A stretch of 33,216 nucleotides of DNA from an uncultured Actinomycetes bacterium (GTDB lineage Bacteria; Actinomycetota; Thermoleophilia; Gaiellales; F1-60-MAGs149), in assembly GCA_903960645.1 (NCBI GenBank), contig CAJCBN010000034.1, positions 1-33,216 on the forward strand. The letters run 5' to 3'. Below the pieces are notes generated by a model. That model was given only the letters and a program-made list of their open reading frames with translations, did no database searches and was not told where the DNA came from. Position numbers and translations under genes: made by a program. This document shows, one piece after another, positions 1 through 7,737 of this stretch (positions are counted from its first letter, which is position 1; each line of letters starts with the position of its first letter).

Positions 1-2295
1 CGAGATCAGCGCGTAGCAGGCGGCGTGGGACTTGTTGAACGAGTACTCCGCGGAGCGCTCGTTCTCGTCCCACATGTCGGCGGCGACCTTGGCGTCGACG
101 CCGTTGGCCGCGCAGCCCTCGATGAAGCGTGGCTTCAGCGAAGCCATCAGCACGGCGTCCTTCTTGCCGATCGCCTTGCGCAGATCGTCGGCCTCGGAGG
201 GGCTGAAGCCCGCGAGGTCCTTGGCGATCAGCATCGACTGCTCTTGGTAGATGTAGACGCCCATCGTCGAGGCCAGGATCGGCTCGAGGCGCGGATCCGC
301 GAACGAGACCGCCTCTTGACCGTTCTTGCGGCGCGAGTAGGTGGGGATGTTCTGCATCGGCCCGGGGCGGTACAGCGCGACGAGGGCAACCAGATCCTCG
401 AACTGCGTGGGCTTGACCTGCCGCAGGGCGTCGCGCATGCCGGTGCTCTCGAACTGGAAGACGCCGGTGGCGTCGCCCTTGCGCAGCATCGCGTACGTCG
501 GCTCGTCGTCCAGCTCGAGGTTCGGAATGTCGATCACGGTGCCCTGCGACTCGGCGACCAGCCGCACGGCCTCGTCGATCACGTCGAGGTTGCGCAGGCC
601 GAGGAAGTCCATCTTGAGCAGGCCGAGCGCCTCGATGTCGCCCATCGCGTACTGCGTGACGAGCTCGGAGTCGACGCCCTTGCGCTGCAGCGGCACGTAC
701 TCGATGAGCGGGCGGTCGCCGATCACGACGGCGGCAGCGTGGATCGAGTCCTGACGCACGAGGCCCTCGAGCGGGCGCGCCATGTCGATCAACTCCTTGG
801 CCGTGATCTCACGACCACTGTCCGAGCGCCCAATCGGCGTCGGGTCGTCGTACATCTCCCGCAGCTCCTGGCCGGGCTGGAGGCTCTCGTCGAAGCCGAC
901 CTTGACGCCGTCGGGGATCGCCTTGGCGATCCGGTCGACGGTGCCGTACGGCAGCCCGAGCACGCGACCGGTGTCGCGGGTGGCCTGCTTGGCGGCGAGC
1001 TTGCCGAACGTGATGATCTGCGCGACCCGCTCGCGGCCGTACTTCTCGACGACGTAGTTCATCACGCGTTCCCGCCCGTGGACGGAGAAGTCGATGTCGA
1101 TATCCGGCATCGACTTGCGGCCCGGGTTGAGGAAGCGCTCGAACAGCAGGTCGTAGCGAATTGGATCGACATCGGTGATCTCAAGGCAGTACGCCACCAG
1201 CGAGCCGGCGGCCGAACCACGGCCCGGCCCGACGCCGATGCCCTCGCGCTTGGCGAAGCCGACGAAGTCCCAGGTGACGAGGAAGTAGTCCGCGAACCCC
1301 ATCTCGCGGATCGTCGCCAGCTCGAAGGCGAGGCGGTCGCGGAGGTCCTGCGTCGCCGCCGGGTAGCGGCGCGCCAGCCCCTCCTCACACAGCCGCGTGA
1401 GGTACACGAAGGCGTCCTCGCCGTTCGGCACGTCGTACTTGGGCAGACGGATCGCGCCAAGCTCAAGCTCGACGTTGCAGCGTTCCGCGATCTCGAGCGT
1501 CGGCGACAAGAGGTCGCGGCCGTAGGGCGCGAAGACACGCTGCATCTCCTCCGGCGTCTTGAGGAAGAACTCCTTGTTCGGGAACTTGAAGCGCTTGTCG
1601 TTGGCGAGCACGTCGCCGGTCTGGATGCAGAGCAGCACCTCGTGCGGGTCGGCGTCCTCGGCGCGCAGGTAGTGCACGTCGCCGGTGCCGACCGTGGTCA
1701 GGCCCAACTCGTCGGCGAGCTTGATCAGCACGGGATTGACCTGACGATGCTCGTCGAGGTCGGCGTCCTGGATCTCGACGTAGAAGTTCTCCTTGCCGAA
1801 GACCTGAATCATCAGGTCCATCTCCGCACGGGCAGCACCCTCGTCGCCGCGCATGATCGCCTGGTTGACGCGGCTGGCCAGGCAGCCGCTGAGGGCGATC
1901 AGGCCCTTCGAGTGCTGCTGCAGCAGGTCGAGGTCGACGCGCGGCTTGTAGTGGTAGCCCTCGAGGTAGCCGAGGGTGACCAGCTTGACCAGGTTGTGGT
2001 ACCCCTCGAGGTCCTTGGCGAGCAGCGTCAGGTGGGCCCAGTCGCGGCGTCCGGCGGGCTCCTTCGCGCGCCGATCCTCGACGAGGTAGATCTCGCAGCC
2101 GATGATCGGCTTGATACCGGCCTTCGTTGCGGTCCGGTAGAGGTCGACGGAGCCCGCCATGGAGCCGTGGTCCGTGATCGTGACCGCAGGCATCTCGAGC
2201 TCCACGGAGCGCTTGACCAGCTCGCCGACACGGCAGGCGCCATCGAGAATCGAGTACTCGGAGTGGCAGTGGAGGTGAACGAACTCGGCAGGCAC
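1..2295 (-). CDS. dnaE: DNA polymerase III alpha subunit DnaE, 5' portion (about 765 codons); the gene continues past the left window edge
   Basis: Absent from the ORF track because no stop lies in the window. My reverse-strand translation from GTG at 2295-2293 reads VPAEFVHLHCHSEYSILDGACRVGELVKRSVELEMPAVTITDHGSMAGSVDLYRTATKAGIKPIIGCEIYLV, a PHP-domain N-terminus typical of DnaE. At the window edge the same frame reads ERSAEYSFNKSHAACYALIS (conserved FNKSHA motif). The 792-aa plus-strand ORF 25..2403 is its antisense shadow. Confidence 0.9.
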   Translation of the reverse strand, partial: MPAEFVHLHCHSEYSILDGACRVGELVKRSVELEMPAVTITDHGSMAGSVDLYRTATKAGIKPIIGCEIYLVEDRRAKEPAGRRDWAHLTLLAKDLEGYHNLVKLVTLGYLEGYHYKPRVDLDLLQQHSKGLIALSGCLASRVNQAIMRGDEGAARAEMDLMIQVFGKENFYVEIQDADLDEHRQVNPVLIKLADELGLTTVGTGDVHYLRAEDADPHEVLLCIQTGDVLANDKRFKFPNKEFFLKTPEEMQRVFAPYGRDLLSPTLEIAERCNVELELGAIRLPKYDVPNGEDAFVYLTRLCEEGLARRYPAATQDLRDRLAFELATIREMGFADYFLVTWDFVGFAKREGIGVGPGRGSAAGSLVAYCLEITDVDPIRYDLLFERFLNPGRKSMPDIDIDFSVHGRERVMNYVVEKYGRERVAQIITFGKLAAKQATRDTGRVLGLPYGTVDRIAKAIPDGVKVGFDESLQPGQELREMYDDPTPIGRSDSGREITAKELIDMARPLEGLVRQDSIHAAAVVIGDRPLIEYVPLQRKGVDSELVTQYAMGDIEALGLLKMDFLGLRNLDVIDEAVRLVAESQGTVIDIPNLELDDEPTYAMLRKGDATGVFQFESTGMRDALRQVKPTQFEDLVALVALYRPGPMQNIPTYSRRKNGQEAVSFADPRLEPILASTMGVYIYQEQSMLIAKDLAGFSPSEADDLRKAIGKKDAVLMASLKPRFIEGCAANGVDAKVAADMWDENERSAEYSFNKSHAACYALIS

Positions 2296-2321
2296 GGGAG
2301 AACCATCCTAGTCCGCGGTGC

Positions 2322-2440
2322 GGCGGATGTGACACAGGGGTCAGACCCCTTCGAGACATCAGCGCAGCAGACCGCAGGGAAAGGTCCAGCATCTGGGCGC
2401 TGATGTGACGACGGGGTCTGACCCCTCTGTCACATCCGCC
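2322..2440. repeat. REPIN-like inverted doublet: two 44-nt units (2322-2365 and 2397-2440) separated by 31 nt, each carrying the palindromic core GGGGTC(A/T)GACCCC
   Basis: Unit 1 is ggcggatgtgacacaggggtcagaccccttcgagacatcagcgc. The reverse complement of unit 2 is ggcggatgtgacagaggggtcagaccccgtcgtcacatcagcgc, matching at 40 of 44 positions. Unit 2 is itself a near-perfect palindrome (gatgtgacgacGGGGTCTGACCCCtctgtcacatc). Confidence 0.85.
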
Positions 2441-2592
2441 CGGGTACCCGCCCCAAATGTCCCGTGAGCTCATCGTCCGCCGCGCCACCACGCGCGACGT
2501 CGATGTGACGACGGGGTCTGACCCCTAGCCCCGGTACCCTCCCCGTATGTCCCGTGAGCTCATCGTCCGCCGCGCCACCACGCGCGACGTCG
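2402..2592 (+). repeat. Imperfect tandem duplication (100-nt unit 2402-2501, 90-nt unit 2502-2591) containing a half repeat element plus the first 46 nt of the acetyltransferase CDS
   Basis: 25 nt are identical (gatgtgacgacggggtctgacccct at 2402-2426 and 2502-2526). A diverged 30 versus 20 nt follows, with a 10-nt indel that removes the right palindrome arm. Then 46 nt are identical (atgtcccgtgagctcatcgtccgccgcgccaccacgcgcgacgtcg at 2457-2502 and 2547-2592). Confidence 0.9.
2457..2528 (+). pseudogene. Duplicated 5' fragment of the downstream acetyltransferase gene; forms a 23-codon upstream ORF MSRELIVRRATTRDVDVTTGSDP*
   Basis: The first 15 codons are identical to the gene at 2547. The frame then reads into the repeat element and stops at TAG 2526-2528, 18 nt before the real ATG. 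Whether it is translated is unknown. Confidence 0.5.
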
Positions 2593-3047
2593 GGGCGATC
2601 CGCGCCCTCGTCGACCAGTACGTCGGCAAGGTGCTGCTCGAGAAGGAGACGGTCACGCTCTACGAGGACGTCCAGGAGTTCTGGGTGGCCGTGGACGGCG
2701 AGCACATCGTCGGCTGCGGCGCACTGCACATCCTCTGGGAGGACCTCGGGGAGATCCGCACCGTCGCCGTCGACCGCGACGCCAAGCGTCGCGGCATCGG
2801 CGGCCAGATCGTCGAGCGCCTGATCGACCACGGCCGCGACCTCGGCATCTCGCGCGTCTTCGTACTGACCTTCGAGACCTCGTTCTTCGAGCGCCACGGC
2901 TTCCGCGAGATCGAGGGCACGCCCGTGACGCCCGAGGTCTACGCCGCGATGCGGCGCTCCTACGACCGCGGCATCGCCGAGTTCCTTGACCTCGAGTACG
3001 TCAAGCCGAACACGCTCGGCAACACGCGCATGCTGCTCGAGCTGTAG
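2547..3047 (+). CDS. argA: Short GNAT-type amino-acid N-acetyltransferase (mycobacterial Rv2747-like N-acetylglutamate synthase)
   Basis: 166-aa ORF. It aligns by eye along its whole length with my recollection of the short ArgA of M. tuberculosis (VRRA.T.DV.AI..LVD.Y.GK.LLEK..VTLYE.VQEFWVA ... GCGALH.LW.DLGEIRTVAVD ... RVFVLTFET.FF.RHGF.EIEGTPVT.EV...M.RSYD.G.AEFLDL.YVKPN.LGN.RMLL.L). Confidence 0.8.
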   Translation: MSRELIVRRATTRDVGAIRALVDQYVGKVLLEKETVTLYEDVQEFWVAVDGEHIVGCGALHILWEDLGEIRTVAVDRDAKRRGIGGQIVERLIDHGRDLGISRVFVLTFETSFFERHGFREIEGTPVTPEVYAAMRRSYDRGIAEFLDLEYVKPNTLGNTRMLLEL

Positions 3048-3137
3048 CGTCGCGGCACGCAGCCCGAGGGGTACCTGCGCGCGGCGTCCGGCTGGGAGAT
3101 GTTCTTCGGCCGACTCGATGCGCTCCTCAGCCGATAG
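3048..3137 (+). pseudogene. Relic 3' end of an SRPBCC/AHSA1-family paralogue (30 codons, no start)
   Basis: The frame immediately after the TAG at 3045-3047 reads RRGTQPEGYLRAASGWEMFFGRLDALLSR*. Its last 24 residues match the C-terminus of the intact downstream SRPBCC protein (VEQYEQATAGYTVFFERLDALTRA*) at about 11 of 24 positions. DNA similarity is also visible (gttcttcg..cg.ctcga.gcgctc). Confidence 0.5.
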
Positions 3138-3146
3138 GCTGGGGGC

Positions 3147-3566
3147 ATGAAGCCCGGCATCGACCTCAAGCGCACGTTCCCCGCCGCCCCGCAGGCGCTC
3201 TTTGACGCCTGGACGCAGGGCGATCTGCTCGCACAGTGGTTTGGTCTACCCGACGCGCAGGTGGAGGCCACGTGCGACGCCCGCGTCGGCGGCGCGTGGG
3301 AGCTGACGATGCACAGCCCGATGGGTCAGTTCGGCTTCACCGGCGCGTACACCGCCGTGGCCGCACCCTCGCACCTCGCCTTCACGATGAAGGCCAACGG
3401 TCAGGACGGCGTCGAGACCTGCACGGTTGACATCGCGCCGCACGGCGACGGCTCGGAGCTGCGCTTCACGCAGGACGGCAACAACCTCACCGTCGAGCAG
3501 TACGAGCAGGCGACCGCGGGGTACACCGTGTTCTTCGAGCGCCTCGACGCGCTCACGCGGGCGTAG
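3147..3566 (+). CDS. SRPBCC-superfamily protein (Activator of Hsp90 ATPase homologue 1-like / START-like fold)
   Basis: 139-aa ORF with the typical AHSA1-like layout: an N-terminal '..R.F.AP...LFDAWT....L.QWF' segment and a C-terminal G..VFFERLDAL segment. Function is not assignable. Confidence 0.65.
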   Translation: MKPGIDLKRTFPAAPQALFDAWTQGDLLAQWFGLPDAQVEATCDARVGGAWELTMHSPMGQFGFTGAYTAVAAPSHLAFTMKANGQDGVETCTVDIAPHGDGSELRFTQDGNNLTVEQYEQATAGYTVFFERLDALTRA

Positions 3567-3581
3567 TTCCGCGACGGGCGA

Positions 3582-5186
3582 TCAGCCCGATGCGTCCCGC
3601 ACGAAGGCATCGATGCCGAGCGGCGTGCCCGTGGCCTGCTCGACCAGTCGATCCCAGCGCAGCGAGGCGCCGGGGCGCAGCAGCCGTTCACTGATCAGCG
3701 GTCCGACGGCGGCCGGATTCGCAGCCGGCGAGCCAGCGCCCGTCTCGCGCTCCGTCCACTCCTCGACCTGCGAGGCGAGGATCTCTCCGAGCAGATAGTT
3801 GTGGTAGTAGCAGGGTGCCACGGCGAGGTGGATCTTCGAGGCCCAGGCGTTCGGTACCGGCGCGAGCGGGCGCGGAATGCCCTGGTACTGCTCCACGAGG
3901 TCCCACCAGATCATGTCGAGGTCGCCGTCGGGCTCGGCGTAGAAGGCCCGTTCGAAGCGGGTCATCACCTGGACCCAGGCAGCAAGGGTCAGGAGGCCGC
4001 GCCGCAGCGTGGCCGCATTGGTCGGATGCCGTGCCGCCTCCGCAGGCACGCCGGCGTAGCGCTCGAGGAACTCGGGGTCGCGACCGCGGCGGCCGTGCAG
4101 CATCGCCATCGCCTCGGTCGTGAGGATGTGCGCGGGGTCGCGCAGCAGCCACGGCAGGTCGGCGTCGAGCGAGAGCTCGTAGATCGCGTGGCCGAGCTCG
4201 TGCAGCGTCGTCTCCAGCCAGCGAACGGTCGGCACGAGGTTCATCAGCACGCGCACATCACCGCGACGATCGACGTGCATCATGAACGCGTGCTGATCCT
4301 TGCCCGGCCGCGGCAGCACGTCAGAGCGCGCGAGTACGCCCGCAACGTCGTGCCCGAGGTCGGCGAAGTAACGGGTGCTCGCCGCGAGCGCATCGACGTC
4401 GCCGATCACCGGCTCGAGGGGATCGGCGCCGACGCTCGGAGCGTCTTGGCCGAAGACATCGATCATGTGCCACGGCTGGAACAGTGCGTCGGGCGTCAGG
4501 CCGAGCGCGGCGCGGCGCTGCGCCTCGATCGCGGCGCGCTCGCTCCCCCACGCCGGGGCCAGCGCCGCGTGCAGCGCATCGAACGTCCCGAAGAGACGCT
4601 TCTCATCGAGCTCGTCGAGGGCGAGCGCCATCGCGTAGTGGTCGCGGTAGCCGGCGGCCCGGGCGGCCTCGTTACGCAGATGGGCCAGCTCGCGCAGCCC
4701 CACGGCGACCTCGCCGCCGACGCAACGGGCTCCGGTCCAGACGGCCTGGCGCTCTGCGAGGTCGGTGCTCTCGCCGAGGATGCGATCGACGGCCGCGGCA
4801 TCGAGCTCACGCCCGTCGACGGTCGCGCGGTAGCGCGAGTGCGCTGCCATCAGCTCGGTCTCGAGGCCCACGATCCGGTCGATCAGCTCCGGCGGGCGCT
4901 GCCGACCGGCGGTCATCAGCCGCAGCACCTCGGCACGGCGCTGCTCGAGCGGCGAGCCATCGACGGCGACCGCGGCGGCGGCGATCGCCGGCTCGGCGAG
5001 GGCGTGCTCGTAGGCCGCGCTGGCCGCCTCCGCGGCGGCCGACGCGTCGTCCGTCGCGTTGCAGGACATCTCCCACCAGGCCAGGTTGGCTGTGGTCTCG
5101 AGCGCGGCGAGGCGGGCCTCCGCCGCGGGGAGCGTCGTCACCCGATCAACGCGCCCGGGGTGGCTCGACGTCCTGCCACGGGTCAC
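3582..5186 (-). CDS. Gluzincin zinc metallopeptidase, M2 (ACE-like) or M3-like family
   Basis: HEXXH motif (TLHELGHAIYE) followed about 25 residues later by TTEAMAM. The local pattern YFADLGHD..RSDVLPRPGKDQHAFMMHV..DVRVLMNL..HELGHAIYELSLDADLPWLLRDPAHILTTEA resembles the ACE-family active-site region (HEMGH...DLP..LR.GANPGFHEA). The track start (GTG 5186) overlaps the upstream small ORF by 41 nt. GTG at 5142, 4 nt after that ORF's stop, is an alternative start. Confidence 0.7.
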   Translation of the reverse strand: MTRGRTSSHPGRVDRVTTLPAAEARLAALETTANLAWWEMSCNATDDASAAAEAASAAYEHALAEPAIAAAAVAVDGSPLEQRRAEVLRLMTAGRQRPPELIDRIVGLETELMAAHSRYRATVDGRELDAAAVDRILGESTDLAERQAVWTGARCVGGEVAVGLRELAHLRNEAARAAGYRDHYAMALALDELDEKRLFGTFDALHAALAPAWGSERAAIEAQRRAALGLTPDALFQPWHMIDVFGQDAPSVGADPLEPVIGDVDALAASTRYFADLGHDVAGVLARSDVLPRPGKDQHAFMMHVDRRGDVRVLMNLVPTVRWLETTLHELGHAIYELSLDADLPWLLRDPAHILTTEAMAMLHGRRGRDPEFLERYAGVPAEAARHPTNAATLRRGLLTLAAWVQVMTRFERAFYAEPDGDLDMIWWDLVEQYQGIPRPLAPVPNAWASKIHLAVAPCYYHNYLLGEILASQVEEWTERETGAGSPAANPAAVGPLISERLLRPGASLRWDRLVEQATGTPLGIDAFVRDASG

Positions 5187-5331
5187 GCTTCGAGCCGATC
5201 AGGCGGTAGGCGCCGTAGCCAGCCGCGCCAGCCAGCGCCAGCACGCGCGCGGTCTTCGAGGCGGCGAGCAGCGCCGTAGCGCCGGCGGCAAGGCCGACGA
5301 ACAGCACGGTCCTCTGGTCGAGTTCGGGCAT
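5146..5331 (-). CDS. Small hydrophobic protein (61 aa), translationally coupled to ispG
   Basis: The ATG at 5331-5329 shares one base with the ispG TGA (cTGATGc). A GGAGGA lies 8 nt upstream, inside the ispG 3' end. Product: MPELDQRTVLFVGLAAGATALLAASKTARVLALAGAAGYGAYRLIGSKRDPWQDVEPPRAR, with two hydrophobic stretches. Third codon positions are GC-rich like neighbouring genes. No recognisable family. Confidence 0.4.
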   Translation of the reverse strand: MPELDQRTVLFVGLAAGATALLAASKTARVLALAGAAGYGAYRLIGSKRDPWQDVEPPRAR

Positions 5332-6446
5332 CAGGATGGTCCTCCGACGACGGGGAGCGAGAGCTTGCGGCGGCCACGCTCCGGGCGGGGCATGCCGTCG
5401 CCGATCCACTGGTCCACGACCGCGAACAGCTCGTCAACGAGCTGGTCCTGCGGCACGCGCTTGAGCACCTCGCCGTGGGCGTAGATGTGGCCGGCGTCAC
5501 GCCCGCCGGCAATCCCGAAGTCGGCGTCACCCGCCTCGCCCGGGCCGTTCACGGCGCAGCCCATCACGGCCACCTCGAAGTGCTCCTTGTAGCCGCGCAG
5601 CCGCGTCTCAACGGTCTCGGCCAGCTCGTGGACCTCGACGTTGGTGCGACCGCAGGACGGGCACGAGATCATCTCAGGGCCCATGTGGCGCAGGCCGAGG
5701 GCGCGCAGGATGTCGTAGGCCACGCGCACCTCCTCAACCGGGTCGACCGACAGCGAGACGCGGATCGTGTCGCCGATGCCCTCCTCGAGCAGCGTGCCGA
5801 TGCCGATCGCGCTCTTGACGGCGCCCGTGACGAGGGTGCCGGCCTCCGTCACGCCAAGGTGCAGCGGGTAGGGCACGAGGCCGGCCAGCATCCGGTACGC
5901 GCCGATCATCACCGGGACCGACGTGGACTTGACCGAGATCTTGAAGTCGTGGAAGCCCAGCTGCTCGAGCAGCTCGACCTCCTCCATCGCCGCCTTGACG
6001 AGCGCGCCGATCGGATCGCTGGTCGCCGTCCACTTGAGGTGCTCAGGCAGCGACCCCGAGTTGGCGCCGATGCGCAGGGGCGTGCTCGTCTCCTGTGCCT
6101 TGGCGACGACCTCACGCACCTTGTCCTCCCCGCCGATGTTGCCGGGGTTGATGCGGACGGCGGCGACGCCGGCGTCCATCGCGCGGATGGCAAGCGAGGC
6201 GTTGAAGTGGATATCCGCGATGATGGGCACGGCGCTCTCCGCGATGATGCGCGGCAGCGCCTCCGCGTCGGGCAGGCCCGGCACGGCGACGCGCACGATG
6301 TCGACGCCGGCCTCGTGGAGGCGCGCGATCTGCGCGAGCGTGGCGTCCGCGTCGAAGGTCTTGGTGGTCGTCATCGACTGCACCGCGACGGTGGCGCCGC
6401 CGCCGATCAGTACGCCGCCGACGTTGATCTGCTTCTCACTGGCCAT
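5331..6446 (-). CDS. ispG: 4-hydroxy-3-methylbut-2-en-1-yl diphosphate synthase (MEP pathway, IspG/GcpE)
   Basis: 371 aa. N-terminus INVGGVLIGGGATVAVQSMTTTKT, DIVRVAVP, C-terminal Fe-S cysteines (ISCPSCGRT ... VMGCAVNGPGE). Conserved dxr-rseP-ispG neighbourhood. Confidence 0.95.
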   Translation of the reverse strand: MASEKQINVGGVLIGGGATVAVQSMTTTKTFDADATLAQIARLHEAGVDIVRVAVPGLPDAEALPRIIAESAVPIIADIHFNASLAIRAMDAGVAAVRINPGNIGGEDKVREVVAKAQETSTPLRIGANSGSLPEHLKWTATSDPIGALVKAAMEEVELLEQLGFHDFKISVKSTSVPVMIGAYRMLAGLVPYPLHLGVTEAGTLVTGAVKSAIGIGTLLEEGIGDTIRVSLSVDPVEEVRVAYDILRALGLRHMGPEMISCPSCGRTNVEVHELAETVETRLRGYKEHFEVAVMGCAVNGPGEAGDADFGIAGGRDAGHIYAHGEVLKRVPQDQLVDELFAVVDQWIGDGMPRPERGRRKLSLPVVGGPS

Positions 6447-6465
6447 TGCTGTGCATCCTATCGGT

Positions 6466-7737
6466 CTAGGGGCCGGTGAAACGGCTGATGTCGTTGTTGA
6501 GGCCGATCACGAACAGCACGAGGACGAGCGCGATGCCGACGATGCTGATCCGTTCGATCAGCACGCGTGAGAGCGGTTTTCCGCGTCGCAGCTTCTCGGC
6601 CAGCGCGACCATGATGTGGCCGCCGTCCAGCGGCAGGAATGGCAACAGGTTGAAGATCGCCAGCGCGAGCGAGATGACGCCCATCATCCACAGGAAGCTG
6701 CCGGATTTCACGCTCTCCTCAGAGGTCGCCGTGATGCCGACGATGCTGGAGACCTGTTTGTGCCCCTCGGAGGTCGTGACGATGCGCGCCAGGCCGGTCA
6801 GTGACTCCTTGGTGACGAACCACGACCAGCGGGCGGACTCCGCCGCCGCCCCTGGCAGTGATTCTCGGCGGACGCCGTCGGGGACCTGCTGGAAGCTGAA
6901 GCCGATCAGCCAGCGCCCATCGACGTTCTCGGGCCGAACCGCCTTGAGTGTCTGCGTGGTGCCGTCGCGAGCGACGGTCAGCGTGACGGGGGCGCCGTTG
7001 CTCGCCTGGACCTGCTCGCCGACCTGTTCCCAGTCACCGGCGACCGGCTTGCCGTTGACGGCGGTGATCGTATCGCCGGGCTTGAGCCCGGCCGTCATGG
7101 CCGGCGTGCCGGAGACGGTGGCGACGTCGGTGCTGGGCTTCTGCAGCGGCACGCCGCTCCAGAAGAAGATCGTCAGGATCACCAACGCGGCGATGACGTT
7201 CGCGCCCGGACCGGCAAGGATGATGGCGATGCGCTTCCAGACCGGGAGCCGCCAGTAGGCGCGGCGATCCAGGTCGTCGTGGAGGCGCTCGAGGTTCTTG
7301 CGCGTCTCCGTGTACGTCTTGGGGTGGAGCAGGTGCTGGTCGGCGTCGAGGGCAAGCCGCGCACGGTCTGCCGCGGTCTGGCACTCGGCCGGCGACGCCT
7401 CGGCGGCGATCGCGCTCTTCAGGTTCGCGGTCGCCGGGCCGAGCAGGTCGCGCTGGCCGTCCGGCCGGCGCAGCTCGATCTCCTCGATCGCGTCCTGACA
7501 GACGATGACATCCTCGGGGAGCGGTCGGTTCATGCCCACGATGCGCACGTAGCCGCCAAGCGGGATCACGCCCAGTCCGTACTCGGTCTCGCCGCGCCGA
7601 AACGAAACGGCGACCGGCGGGAACCCGATCAGGAAGCGGGTCGCCTTGGCGCCGACCAGGCGCGCGACGCTGAAGTGGCCGAGCTCGTGCACGAGGATCA
7701 GCAGCAGCAGCCCGATGATGACGGCGAACCAACTCAT
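6466..7737 (-). CDS. rseP: RIP (site-2) zinc metalloprotease RseP/Rip1, M50 family with PDZ domain
   Basis: 423 aa. HELGHF in the first TM segment, NLLPFLPLDGGH near the C-terminus, and a central PDZ-like segment (GLKPGDTITAVNGKPV). The ATGA overlap with the dxr stop (7734-7737) indicates coupling. Confidence 0.9.
   Translation of the reverse strand: MSWFAVIIGLLLLILVHELGHFSVARLVGAKATRFLIGFPPVAVSFRRGETEYGLGVIPLGGYVRIVGMNRPLPEDVIVCQDAIEEIELRRPDGQRDLLGPATANLKSAIAAEASPAECQTAADRARLALDADQHLLHPKTYTETRKNLERLHDDLDRRAYWRLPVWKRIAIILAGPGANVIAALVILTIFFWSGVPLQKPSTDVATVSGTPAMTAGLKPGDTITAVNGKPVAGDWEQVGEQVQASNGAPVTLTVARDGTTQTLKAVRPENVDGRWLIGFSFQQVPDGVRRESLPGAAAESARWSWFVTKESLTGLARIVTTSEGHKQVSSIVGITATSEESVKSGSFLWMMGVISLALAIFNLLPFLPLDGGHIMVALAEKLRRGKPLSRVLIERISIVGIALVLVLFVIGLNNDISRFTGP

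Noticed and set aside
25-2403. 792-aa plus-strand ORF covering the left 2.4 kb
   Set aside because: Its composition is low-complexity and rich in R, G, A, D, L and V, with no recognisable motif. The opposite strand encodes an unmistakable DnaE N-terminus in one open frame. It is an antisense shadow ORF of the kind typical of high-GC DNA.
2322-2526. CRISPR array interpretation of the three closely spaced palindromic units
   Set aside because: The units are in mixed orientation and unevenly spaced, and one spacer is a duplicated piece of the neighbouring gene. No cas genes are present. Identical units occur singly at distant intergenic sites.
3066-3080. GGTACC-containing segment (gaggggtacctgcg) as another copy of the GGTACC-associated repeat flank
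   Set aside because: It falls inside the relic SRPBCC reading frame (E-G-Y-L), and no palindromic unit is adjacent. The resemblance is probably coincidental.
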